Of a DNA stretch of 64,000 bases, positions 40,206-52,630 are shown one piece after another; the stretch's first letter is position 1; each line of letters opens with the position of its first letter. Made by a program: the position numbers and the translations under genes. Source of the stretch: Octopus sinensis. Its lineage: Eukaryota. The stretch spans positions 46,004,001 to 46,068,000 of the forward strand of contig NC_043008.1 in the NCBI RefSeq assembly GCF_006345805.1, in the 5' to 3' direction. A model generated the notes under the pieces. It saw only the letters and a program-made list of their open reading frames with translations. It ran no database searches and had not been told where the DNA came from.

Positions 40206-41819
40206 CTGTCTGTCTGTCTGTTTGTGTGTGGGTGTGTGTGCATATCTCACTACATAAAAATCTACCCGTAATGGTGACGCAATTGCTCGGTAGCTTACGA
40301 AACACGATCCTGAAGTCTTGCAGGAGCTGCAACGAAAAGAGAATAATTATTATTCAACCAAATTCGCAAAATATTTTAGAGATAATTCATTTGACCTTGT
40401 CAGGAAGTTCCTCTTTCTACTCTCGAAAACCTAAGAAATTTATGTTCAATGGAATTACTTATGTCACCTGTTCAAAGTTTTAAGTTACTTCATTGTTTAG
40501 TTTCAGGCTTCCAATTTGTATTGCTCTAAAAGTGCATTTTATCTATTTCACAGAAAAACCATTAACAGAAAATCCAGAAATTTATTCAAGCAAAGTGCGT
40601 AATTTTCACTTAAATATGTTTTGTGCTATTCTTAACTCTTGAAGTGCTTGCGATGTTTCAGTTTGACGCTTTTTCTCTTTGAGTTCAAATAACACCGACA
40701 CTAACAGTTTCATAGACTGTAAGTTGACTTCTTATAATTATCGCTCACATTAAATGTAATCTAGTCAATGTCCTCCCTTACAATTTTGAAATTTTTAAAA
40801 GCAGGTATTAATGTACCAAACAATAAATCAGATGTTTAAGAAGAAAAGCCTTCGCGTATTTATGGTCAGTTGTTAAATGTATGGCATAATGACGAATGGC
40901 AGAATGGGTTTCGAACGATTTTTAATCCAGAACCTAAATTTCTGACGCTAAATTCCCCAAGGTAAGATCGTCTGTTTTACAGATACGCTGAAAACTCCTG
41001 ATATTCCTGTGTGACAAATATAAACGTAATTTTATGTATATTTAATATATTATTCCTAAATGACGGGGATACGTAGCAGGAAAGTGGGAGTTCTAAATTA
41101 AATACATTGCAAGATGATAACACTCTTTGGTTTGCCTAATCGAATGTTCAGTTATTATTAATAACTAGGTTATGTTTGATAAACTAATGTCTCACTGACA
41201 TACTTCTATGCAATTCCGCTTATATACTGTAATTAAAGCAAATCAATATGGATGTTCTGATTCTTCTCCAAATTATATTCATGACAATAACAATACAACC
41301 CTGTTTAACAGCCTTCGTTTGGTTTTGTTCCAAGCGCTTACAGTTTCAGTTACATGTTGAAAATTGCCTGCAATTGATTTTCCCCATTTAAATTTAACAC
41401 CATTACTATCACTTATCTTCCACTCCCCATATTAACTAAAGTGGCTAGAAATGAACCATCAGCTGATCAGATGGGAAGCCGACAAGCAATCCCCTCCTTA
41501 TTACAGACTTTACTGATAAATGTTTAACATATAATAACGTGCGAAAATATTCTGTAGTGTCTGATGGGAGCAGCCAGAGACAAATAAGTTCACAACAAAC
41601 TACTCACAGCACCATAGTTATTATGAGACAAAAATAGCATCATTTGGATGTTTTCAGAAACATATATTAAAATAAGCTGCTGTGATAGCCCCGAGAGGGT
41701 TGCATGAAAAACCTTAGCTTTTATAAAATCTGAGAGCGGATTTTGTTACATTCAAGAATTACAATAATGTCTGTGTGTGATTTTACGTATATTTTGACTT
41801 CGTACGAAACTAAAGATAC

Positions 41820-41850
<31 letters not shown>

Positions 41851-41885
41851 ATATATATATATATATAATATATATATATATATAA

Positions 41886-42265
41886 TCTTTTCCTTGTTTC
41901 TGTCCTTGGACTGCGGACGTGCTGGGGCACCACCGTGAGGGCTTTAGCGGAACAATTAGACTCCAGTACAAATTTTAAAAAAAATCCTGGTACTATATTA
42001 TCGCTATCTTCTTCCAATCCATTAAGCTAGTGGGACGTAAACAAACCGACACCAGTTGTCGAGTTGTGGCGGGAACGAAGACAAAGATGTGTTCGCGCAC
42101 GCGCAAACACACACGCCTAAATATAGATATACAACGGGCTTTTTGTAGTTTCTAACTTGTAAATCCACTCACAAGGCTTTGACTAGCCCAGGGCTATAGT
42201 ACAAAGCACTTGCCAACGGTATCACGCAAATGGACTAAATCTGGAAATATGTGACTGGAAGCCAC
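41886..42265 (-). mobile_element. SINE with CR1-like tail, diverged
   Basis: cttttccttgtttc..gactgcggacgtgctggggcacc tail; body shared with 4017-4200 (gtaaacaaaccgacaccagttgt); CORE-like cacttgccaacggt. Confidence 0.75.
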
Positions 42266-43210
42266 CCATGTCATATATACACACAAGAGCGCACACGCAT
42301 ATAGTCAGAGAAAGAACCATTGACACACCTTTAAGTATATAATCATAGAAAAATTTGAGTGAAGATTACTATTTAGTAAGTCGATGCCATTAGCTTTTAT
42401 CGGCCCTAAACCAATAGGCAACAGAAGCTGATCATTTTTTAAATTCATATTTTCAAAGAAGAAGCAGCGAAATAAAATACGTAAAATAAATTCAGAAAAG
42501 TGTTTAATAATTTAATTTCTAAGCCAAATCCCCTAAGAATTAATGAGAAATTATAATGGAATTTCAGAATTAATTTGTTTCTTCTCCAGAGACTCAAAGC
42601 TTGCTTTACTGAGAGACGTAGAACAATTTTAGTGTCAATTTCACTACAAGGACTTTTGTTTACAAATTAATCCAGATTGACAAAAAGAAAAAAGATAATT
42701 TCAGCACAATTTTAGACAGAACACAGCGATGAAAATGATAAATGTAAGAATTATATTAGTTTCACTCATTATTTTTCAAACCTTTTGTAAGTGTATTTAC
42801 GCCTGAGACCAGACATCATACCATTCCTGCTTTTAGAGAGGTAGCGAAAATGGATTAAATAGACACATCTTTTAGTAAGTAGTAACTTATGATGATAGCA
42901 CTGTTGTTTCTTTAGACGGTTGGCGAAAAAAGGATTTAGGCACTCCCATAAATAATATATGTGTATGCATGTATATATATATATATGTATATATAATAGA
43001 AATATTAAAATTACTAAGTCTCTCTAAAAGAGAACAGCAGCAGCGTTCCCGGAAAATAATAGTTATCGCCATACTAATATGGCATTCTTATAAAAATAAG
43101 AATAAAGCTGTCCACTTATTAGCTCCATGAGGCCATCGCCTTAAGTTAGCTATTTGATACACAAACTGTATCCATATAACCTTCGAACAAGGGAGGTCAG
43201 TCGCTCCACA

Positions 43211-43281
43211 CTAGTTGACCGGCAGCTACAGACGCGTTTCGGGGTATTGCCCCTTTTCAATGCAGCGTAGCCAGCCAGTAG
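43211..43281 (-). ncRNA. Minimal type I hammerhead ribozyme (U3-A8 variant), copy 1
   Basis: Reverse complement reads GCUGCA-UUGAAAA-GGGG(CAAUA)CCCC-GAAA-CGCG-UC^-UGUAGC. Confidence 0.8.
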
Positions 43282-43448
43282 GTGTCGCTTCCGACAATCT
43301 CTGTTCGATGGTTTTATTTACCTAGTTTCGGTGGAATACATCCACTTGTTTTCAATAATAGAAATATTAAAATTACTAAGTCTCTCTAAAAGAGAACAGC
43401 GAAACTAGGTAAATAAAACCATCGAACAGAGATTGTCGGAAGCGACAC

Positions 43449-43519
43449 CTACTGGCTGGCTACGCTGCATTGAAAAGGGGCAATACCCCGAAACGCGTCT
43501 GTAGCTGCCGGTCAAGTAG
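43449..43519 (+). ncRNA. Minimal type I hammerhead ribozyme (U3-A8 variant), copy 2
   Basis: Helix I GCUGCA/UGUAGC, extended by CUAC-UGGCUGGC/GCCGGUCA-GUAG. Core UUGAAAA (43470-76), helix II GGGG/CCCC, GAAA, palindromic helix III ACGCGU. Predicted cleavage after GUC at 43499. Confidence 0.82.
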
Positions 43520-43810
43520 TGTGGAGCGACTGACCTCCCTTGTTCGAAGGTTATATGGATACAGTTTGTGTATCAAATAGCTAACTTAAGGCGATGGCCT
43601 CATGGAGCTAATAAGTGGACAGCTTTATTCTTATTTTTATAAGAATGCCATATTAGTATGACGATAACTATTATTTTCCGGGAACGCTGCCGCCGTTCTC
43701 TTTTAGAGAGACTTAGTAATTTTAATATTTCTATTATTGAAAACAAGTGGATGTATTCCACCGAAACTAGGTAAATAAAACCATCGAACAGAGATTGTCG
43801 GAAGCGACAC

Positions 43811-43881
43811 CTACTGGCTGGCTACCCTGCATTGAAAAGGGGCAATACCCCGAAACGCGTCTGTAGCTGCCGGTCAAGTAG
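43811..43881 (+). ncRNA. Minimal type I hammerhead ribozyme (U3-A8 variant), copy 3
   Basis: Same motif 362 bp downstream, with one G>C change in helix I. Predicted cleavage after 43861. Confidence 0.78.
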
Positions 43882-44035
43882 TGTGGAGCAACTGACCTCC
43901 CTTGTTCGAAGGTTATATGGATACAGTTTGTGTATCAAATAGCTAACTTAAGGCGATGGCCTCATGGAGCTAATAAGTGGACAGCTTTATTCTTATTTTT
44001 ATAAGAATGCCATATAGTATGGCGATAACTATTAT

Positions 44036-44111
<76 letters not shown>

Positions 44112-44199
44112 CTGTTGTGTCTGGGGAGAGTCATTCTCTTTTTGTGCCTTATAATTTAACACACTCACCGGTAAAAGTTCCACTTATTTCTTATTTTAT
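44112..44199. repeat. Single arm of the 11449-11685 repeat family
   Basis: ctgttgtgtctggggagagtcatt.tctttttgtgccttataa.ttaacaca.tcaccggtaaaa.ttccactt.tttcttatttt. Confidence 0.9.
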
Positions 44200-45933
44200 A
44201 TGCACCAGTGAATTTTACTATGATTCAAAGTAGACCAAATACAATGTTTCGCAGTTTTATTTTTAAGTTTGAACGGTAAGAAAAACTGAAACAATACATT
44301 ACAAATCATTTCTTGTCATTCTATTACGTTAACGATTAACATAATATTTACATTTAATTAATGAAATGTTAGAAGGCCTAGCATCAATTTAATTGACCAA
44401 TGCACACTTGTGGTTGTCGTGTTTCACAATGGACAAACATTAAAGACAATAAAAGACCTGCTACACGAATTTGTTTAATCCACTCTATCAGTTCGTTAGG
44501 AATCTCGTACTACTGTGAAAATGTGTGAAACACGGGAATCCCTTAAAATGCAGCTATAAACAAAGGGTATTTAAAGTTCAATTCTGAAATTCTCGACATT
44601 CCAAATCGATAAAATAATTTCCGGTTACTCTATTACTGTCAAAAATTGATGGCAATCAACCAAGATCATAAAACGTTAGCCACACAACATATTTTAGTGT
44701 AGAAGACTAACTTCTTCAAAGAAAGCGGTAGTAAGAAGTCATGCATGTTTGTGACGAAATAAACACCGGAAACCAATGAGGAGAACCATTTTGAATTAGA
44801 ATATTTGTGGCTATGAGATTAAAACTACTTAATGATTCTCTTCATTGAGGCTGTTTAGTGATGAATAACTCTTCACGTCCCTTCGAACAGACAGATAACT
44901 TCTACAATAGATGTGGTAGTTAAAAAAATACACCCAGAGAAGCCGTCGATACAAATTAACTCTAGGATAATTACACTATCTTAAACAAATATCTAGTTCT
45001 TGCCTAACCACCGCCTTCTAAGTAAGTTCCTGTCCGTTGTCTTTCCTCTGACTTTATCACATAAGTCAGTAGTGTCCTACGATGTTAGTTAAAACATTTA
45101 TCTCTCACTACCCAATACATTTACACTTAACAGGTTCCGTGAAAAGTTAGATATAAACTAATAACAGACATCAAAAACAGTTATAAGCATGAGGTGAAGC
45201 GTGAAGGTTAGGCGCGGAGTGTGCAGTGAATCGAGACTAAAAAAACCAAGGTTGCGACAATGGTGTTTGCTTAGTTGATAGACTTGGTTAACAGAATGTT
45301 CAAATCTCCGACGTCAATAGAAATAGACAACTACTTTGAGATAACTGCAACTGAGTTAATTGCATGAACTTTAGCACTAGAGCAGTGGATAACTCAACGA
45401 ATATGCTAATTCGCTGTTATCAGTTTAATTCTTGGTGAAGCCAATTAGGATCTCTGCTAAAACACTTCATCAAAAGACATTAATAGATTGCGGATCAGAA
45501 AACATTTTTATCTAGAGCTGTTCCTTACATTGTTTTAACAGACAATGATTTCAACATCATGAATAACCTACTTGATTAAAAGGCTTTATCGTACTCTAGC
45601 GTAATTCCAACGAAGGCACTGTACGCTAACTATTGCAACGTAAATATCTTTGTACTTAATGCACAATATATTTGTTAGCTTGTGTACTTTGAATAATGGC
45701 AACATAAGATAATGAAGAAAAATCAGCTGAGTAACGGATTACAAACCACTTTGTAATAATATACTCCTAAATTAAAATCCTGCTCACACCGTCGTTTCTT
45801 ACATTTCTGAAGATAAAAGAAGCAATCGTCATTTGTTAAAATCTATTCAATCCACTTCACAAACAGCATGTCTTGGATTTTATACATACAAAATATACAC
45901 ATATATACATATACATGTAAGCATATACTCACA

Positions 45934-45976
<43 letters not shown>

Positions 45977-45982
<6 letters not shown>

Positions 45983-47471
45983 CACGCCCGGAAACATGTT
46001 AATAGCTTAGTAGTGAAATTTAGGATGTCTCGGTTTTCTGTGTACCGATTTTGATAAAACTTTTCCCAGTTGGTCTGCACACTATGGTAATACCGTAGTT
46101 ATGTTTTCATTATTCTGTGTAAGGTCATTTCTTTTTTATTTCAGATTCTTCAGTTTTTGGTTGAACCACGCTTTAAGAGCTTTTGAATAAAAATAGACTA
46201 CCTAGACATTTTTTCAGAAAATGAAGGGTAATTATGCATATTAAGCATATATTGAGTATATATTTAACAGAAAACAATAATAATATAATAACATTTATTG
46301 ACATAATGAATTATTTAGCCACATGAGCGCCAAGGAAGAAACCATCCGATTGAGGGACCTCAAAGATTGTGAGCGCTAGGGATTTAAGGAATATTGGCGG
46401 AAACGTGGGAAACCTGGACAACCAAGCACAGCCATTTTCACCGCCTCCGGATTTCCTCATGTACCGAAAACCACCAGAAATCGCGTATTAGGGACCATGG
46501 CTTCAATGATGCGAGAACCCTTGAACTGGCTTCTCACAGGAGTTTTAGGTTTCAAAGAGCCCAAACGTACATGACGTTAGAAATGAGTTGTGTTCTGTTC
46601 ACTGACGAAATCAGGGCGACCTTTGACGAACCTGGCGGTTGAGCAATGGTTGGTTCTGTTTTGGAGATGAGCGCCGCCAACGTTTACGACGTCAGCAACA
46701 GGATAGAGGATTCATGTTGTGGGCTGGTTTCATGGAGACAGACTTGTTGGCTCAGTCAAGGTGCCTGAAGAGGTTAAAGTGACAGCAGCCGCCAACTGCA
46801 ATCTCCTGAAGGAGTTCTTGGGTCCCTGGTTAAATGACATACTGCTGTCCCTTATAAGGAATCCCCTATCGTATTCATGCATGACAACGCTCCCTCTCAC
46901 TCTGCCAGGATCACCCAAATATTCTTAGGGTCATACAGCAATCCTATCAAAACTCTTTGGCCCATCATTAAACAAGATGTTTATGCCGAGGGAGGCTAAT
47001 TACGTCTAAAGATGGCTTATGGGGGACCATCAAAACTGCAGCAGAGGCAGTCCAACCAGCTACTATTAAGGAATTGACAAATTCCATGACTAATAGGGTT
47101 TTTGAAGTTATCCCTCGAAATGGTTCTCATGTGGCTAAATAGTTCCTTATGTTATAACATTATTATAGTTTTCTGTTAAATATTTACTCAATGCATGTTT
47201 AATATGTATCATTACCATTCATTTTCTGTAAAAATATGTCGAGATGGGATGTCTTCATTCAAAAGCTATTAGCGTGTGTCACCTAAAAAACTGAAGAATC
47301 TGAAATAAAAAAGAATGGTCATTACACAGAATAATGAAAGCTTAAGAATGGTGGTGCCATGGGGGTGCAAACCAGCTGGGAAACGTTTTATCAAAACCGA
47401 TTCGGAGATAACCGAGAAATCCTAAATTTCACTCCTAAGTCATTAACGCGGTTCTGGCATGGGTGTGGGTG
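45977..47471 (+). mobile_element. Tc1-like (IS630-Tc1-mariner DDE) element with ~345-bp inverted arms and an N-terminally truncated degenerate transposase
   Basis: Arms at 45977-46328 and 47124-47471. Motifs VLFTDEIRATFDEPGG, RRQQ, LVGSVKVPEEVKV, FMHDNAPSHSA, NPIKTLWPIIKQDVY, NGSHVAK*. Inserted in (TA)n. Confidence 0.88.
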
Positions 47472-47520
<49 letters not shown>

Positions 47521-47709
47521 CATGCAGGTGTGGTGATGCAAACTGGTAAAAGAGAAGTCAAAATATGAGTATATGTATATTTTTATTAATATTCAGCACA
47601 AGTAAGAGAGTGATTCCTGCTCCTAGAGTTTCGTGCGTTGCCACTTATCAAGTTTGAAGTGTGCCAACGAATGGAACTCTTAGACATTACTTCTGCTAAA
47701 TGTATTAGA

Positions 47710-47890
47710 AATTTACAGAAATATAAAAGACGAAGACAGGTGTATAAACAACAAACTGGTGCATTAGTTTAACGCTCGGGAAGGTGAGAAAGTCTTTTAC
47801 ATTTCGAGGCAACGTTCATCAACAGAAAGGAACATGAAGAAATAAACAAAGAGAAAATAACTTTTGGAGCTATCAGTCAATCATGGCGGC
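47710..47890 (-). repeat. Dispersed repeat, same family as 17325-17516
   Basis: Reverse complement cctttctgttgatgaacgttgcctcgaaatgtaaaagactttctc..gagcgttaaactaat..cctgtcttcgtc. Confidence 0.75.
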
Positions 47891-48340
47891 TGGCTGGACA
47901 GAGGCAGTTAGTAGTAGTAGTAGTGGTAGTAGTAAGCAAGCACTGTAAAAATCGATTACCTGCAATTCTTTGTTTGTTATCTTAAACCCTTTCGACCTGG
48001 ATAAAGTGAGGCCAGAATGCAGCACAAGACCAGCTTCTCTCAACTCTAGGTTTTTGAAATTCTTGAGTAAGTGTTCCAACCATTTCTTCCATGATGAATT
48101 CTGGTGGTAGTGGTTGGCCGGAGCAAACGCTAAACTGTTCATTTTCGGTATGACTGGAAATATAGGTAAATTGTTTACGTAATCATTAAAATGCATGACG
48201 GTATAAATAATCGATAGGTGTCAGGGTGAGCTGTCACAGATGCACCAACATTTCACTGATTGCACAGTCAATATAAACAGAAGGAATATTGCCAATACGC
48301 ATGCGTTCTACTTGTGCTTCTCTATGATATTCAAACAAAA

Positions 48341-48570
48341 GGCGGCGAACTGGCAGAAACGTCAGCACGCCGCCGGGCGAAATGCGCTATTTCGTCTGTC
48401 GTTACGTTCTGAGTTCAAATTCCGCCGAAGTTGACTTTGCCTTTCATCCTTTCGGGGTCGATTAAATAAAGTACCAGTTTCGCACTGGGGTCGATGTAAT
48501 CGACTCAATCCGTTTGTCTGTCCTTGTTTGTCCCCTCTGTGTGTAGCCCGTTGTGGGTAGTAAAGAAATA
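48341..48570 (+). mobile_element. tRNA-derived SINE (family A), full length with TSD
   Basis: A-box tggcagaaacg, B-box gagttcaaattc. TSD tctatgatattcaaacaaa / tccatgatattgaaacaaa. Confidence 0.93.
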
Positions 48571-49173
48571 TCCATGATATTGAAACAAACTTAATACCTG
48601 CCCTCCCGGCAACATGTATATTTCTTAATTATTATTTACCAGAATAAGGTCACCTATGTATACACCAACATAAAAAACTCATTCACTATATCCGCTTGCC
48701 TTGTCCATCTCTATATCATACACATGATACTGAAGACATGAAAACAACATGTATCTAATCAATACATGAAAAACAGCAGATGTTCAGCGCAAGGCAATTC
48801 AACACATGTTTGTGTGACGCAGTTTGAACATTTTCTATATTCCTTTTTGTTGATCTTTTATATCGAATTATTTTCACCAATAATATTACGACGCACTTAT
48901 AGCTTTACTTATGGAGAGAAAACTTTTTCCAAACAAACCTGAGAGCAGCATAACATAAAAATAAATTGTCGCGTATGTAAAATATATCATTCCACATCTG
49001 CATAGACACACTCAAGACAGTCACTAATTCATAGATGTATGAGTGTGAGTGCATGTGTAGAGATGCCACTCACTCACACACAAACACATACGTGGATCTC
49101 TCTCTCTCTCTGATATATATATATATATGTGCGCGTGTCTCTGTGTATTTAAACCAATGTAATATTGTGCGTG

Positions 49174-49615
<442 letters not shown>

Positions 49616-49624
49616 TAATAATGT

Positions 49625-49810
49625 AGGGTGAAATTAATTAATTTAGAATAATCATTAATTTCACCATGTAGATTTCGGCATGTAAAAGCCCCAAGTGCTG
49701 TGGTTTTACTGAGATCTCCCTTTTAGTAGAAAGGAATAGCTAAAACTCTTTGACTGCTATTTCTAAATTCGGTGTGTGGTGAGGCAAATCGTTGCTAAAC
49801 CCTTAATTAC
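49625..49810. repeat. Small dispersed repeat between (TA)n tracts (family of 3298-3455)
   Basis: Shared blocks with 3298-3455; ends agggt...accct. Confidence 0.75.
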
Positions 49811-49842
<32 letters not shown>

Positions 49843-50672
49843 TACTAAATGTCAGGCTAGCAAAAAAGTTATTTTGAAGTTTTTTGGGCTACCAGTGGTC
49901 TAGCGTGAAAAAAAAAACTAGTCTTTTGATTAGTTTTATATATATGTGTGTGTATCAGTATGCATGTCTGCATGTAAGCATGCATGAATGGCTTCTCTGC
50001 GTTTTTCTTTTCGTCTTACGATTTTTTTCTTAGAAACCATTGTATAAGCCAATTGTAGAGTAGAAGGTGCAGGCTCAAGGCGCCACCTGGCGAGATCCAA
50101 TAACAATATAATACAGTTGCGGAGCGAACTTCTTACTCATGCAGTTATGATGGTGTGGACTTGTTTTTTATGTATAAATGTGTGTGCACGTGTGTCTGTG
50201 TATTTATACCAATGTAATATTGTGCGTGCATTTGTATTTATATACATATTATGTGTATTTATGTATATTTTATGAGTGTCTCTTGTGCATTTAAGTTTAT
50301 TTATGTCTGTGCGTATTGGTGTATGTATTAGGTTTATGTATATATTTATGCATATAGTAGATGTGTTTAGATATATATTGTGTATGCATGTGTATTTGCG
50401 TATATATTATCAGTGACAATGTGCATTTAAACATAAATTACTGCGTGAGATTGTGAATAGAATAAATGTAGAGAGTAAGGAAGATCCGTTATGCTGTCAT
50501 ATTTTTACTGGTCCAAGATGTTTTCCCCGGAAGTTGTGTTCGATGTTGACTTTACGGTAGTTTGATAGATGTTTAAATTTCTCAGCATGAATACATACAT
50601 ACATACATATAAAGATATATATGTAGGTATCTATATGTATACGTATCTATCTATATATTTTATCTTTCTCTC

Positions 50673-50716
<44 letters not shown>

Positions 50717-51145
50717 ATAATATATATATATAATGATATATATACACATATACATACATATATATATACACACATACACGTAGACATACATCCATGCATG
50801 CGCGTCTCTGTGCCTGCGCATGCGTGCATGTATTATTGTGGTGTGTGTTTGGGTTTGTGAAAGAGCTGCTGTATGTACGTGGATAGGTATGTGTTTGCAT
50901 ATTCTAATGGGAAACTTTTCTTTTATCTTTTGAGGATAGGCTGTGTGCCAATCTAATAAATCAATATATTGTTGATAAAGAGAGCGAAAGCGAGAAATGT
51001 AGATACATAGATTGATAGAAAGCGAGAAAGAGAAAGTAGGATGGTACCATAGCTGTAGCTGCTTCCGTTGGATTGAAAGATTGTGAAAGGTGAAGATGAA
51101 AGACGAAAAGCGGAAATGAGGAGATGAGAAAGCGAGTTCGAGAAT

Positions 51146-51148
<3 letters not shown>

Positions 51149-51213
<65 letters not shown>
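51149..51213. repeat. (GA)n microsatellite
   Basis: Visible simple repeat. Confidence 0.95.
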
Positions 51214-51216
<3 letters not shown>

Positions 51217-52255
51217 GGAAGAGAATAAGTACGGTTTGGTATTCTTTCCCCAGACACGTACCGAACGAAGTGGCTACTTCAAAATATAATTATTTAATAA
51301 CAATGAAAAGCAAGAATATATGTCTTGTGTTCTTTATATAGACACTTGCAGCGAATGAAGTGGTTATGTGAAAATAGAATAATTACTTATCAGTCCTGAA
51401 AAGACACAATACATAGGTCGGCATCATTTGCGCGCGCGCGTGTGTGTGTGTAAAGGACGAAAGCAGAAGAATAGTAGGTTGCTTATAGAATCGATAGTGT
51501 TCGATTAAGTACTGCTTGTTAGTTGGTTAATTCTGGTTAAGTTCTAATTATGTTCTGAGGACAAAATATTGGACTAAAATGTTGACGTCAGTGACTGCAG
51601 CATGAATATGGTCCGTTGAATGAAATGAGGAGAATAAGAAGAAATAATGGATTCGTCAACTACGGTTGCTACTAGCAACTAGTAAATAGAATTATTAGTA
51701 AATAAAAGCAAACGTACACGAGATTAAAAGGTTTAGTAATTATTTTCCGGGATAATTCCTCAGAAATTACAAAGTTCAGGCCAAGTAATTACAGTAATTA
51801 AGGAACAATATTATAATTAATGAAGAATAAACCTCCTACCTCCTCACAAATATGAATGCCTGTATGTTTATATGCGTGTGTGTGTATGTGTGTGTGTTGC
51901 GTGTGTGCGTGTATGTGTGTGCTTGTGTGTGCGTGTGTGAGTGTGTGCGTTTGTGTACTTGTGTGTGGTTGTGTATTTGCGTGCTTGTGTGTGCGTGTGT
52001 GTTCGTGTGTGTGTGTATAAAACCTTGTACATGACATACAGCTAATGCATTGATGATTGGATATAATAGCTACTTAGGTTGGAGGCGGGTGTGTCTTGGT
52101 AATCACAAAAACCATTTGAGAATAACAGGAAGTTAATGGAGCAAATCAACTTTTGAAGTTTTTTGTTTTTAACCAGCAACATGAACCAATTATCGCTAAT
52201 TAACACTTCTTCTCATATAATACCATTTTCTGATTGGTCACTCACTAATGCGCAG

Positions 52256-52257
<2 letters not shown>

Positions 52258-52312
<55 letters not shown>

Positions 52313-52325
52313 ATAATATATATAT

Positions 52326-52388
<63 letters not shown>

Positions 52389-52467
52389 TATCGATAGATA
52401 GATTGGTAGATAGACAGATAGATAGATAGATAGATAGATCGATAGATAGATTGGTAGATAGACATGC

Positions 52468-52531
<64 letters not shown>

Positions 52532-52532
52532 C

Positions 52533-52607
<75 letters not shown>

Positions 52608-52630
52608 TGGTAGATATACAGATAGATATA
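52258..52630. repeat. (TA)n + (GATA)n microsatellite
   Basis: Visible simple repeat with a recurring gattggtagata interruption. Confidence 0.95.

Larger units (their letters stand above)
42993..44037. mobile_element. 362-bp-unit hammerhead-containing array (retrozyme or Penelope-terminus-like): ~1.1 units on minus (42993-43400) then ~1.75 units on plus (43400-44037)
   Basis: gaaactaggtaaataaaacc at 43401 and 43763; ataatagaaatattaaaatt at 42993 and 43355. Copies differ at only a few positions. Flanked by (TA)n. Confidence 0.9.

Noticed and set aside
42993-44037. CRISPR array or ordinary satellite interpretation
   Set aside because: No unique spacers; eukaryotic context; a 362-bp unit with a ribozyme motif and inversion fits a retro-mobilised element better.
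48341-48430. tRNA gene-like A and B boxes
   Set aside because: SINE heads: multi-copy, followed by SINE body and TSD, with no full cloverleaf.
49775-49805. Hammerhead-like geometry (GUGGUGA-G-GCAA..UUGC-UAAA-CCCU) in the small repeat
   Set aside because: Core positions 3, 6 and 12 are non-canonical and not compensatory.
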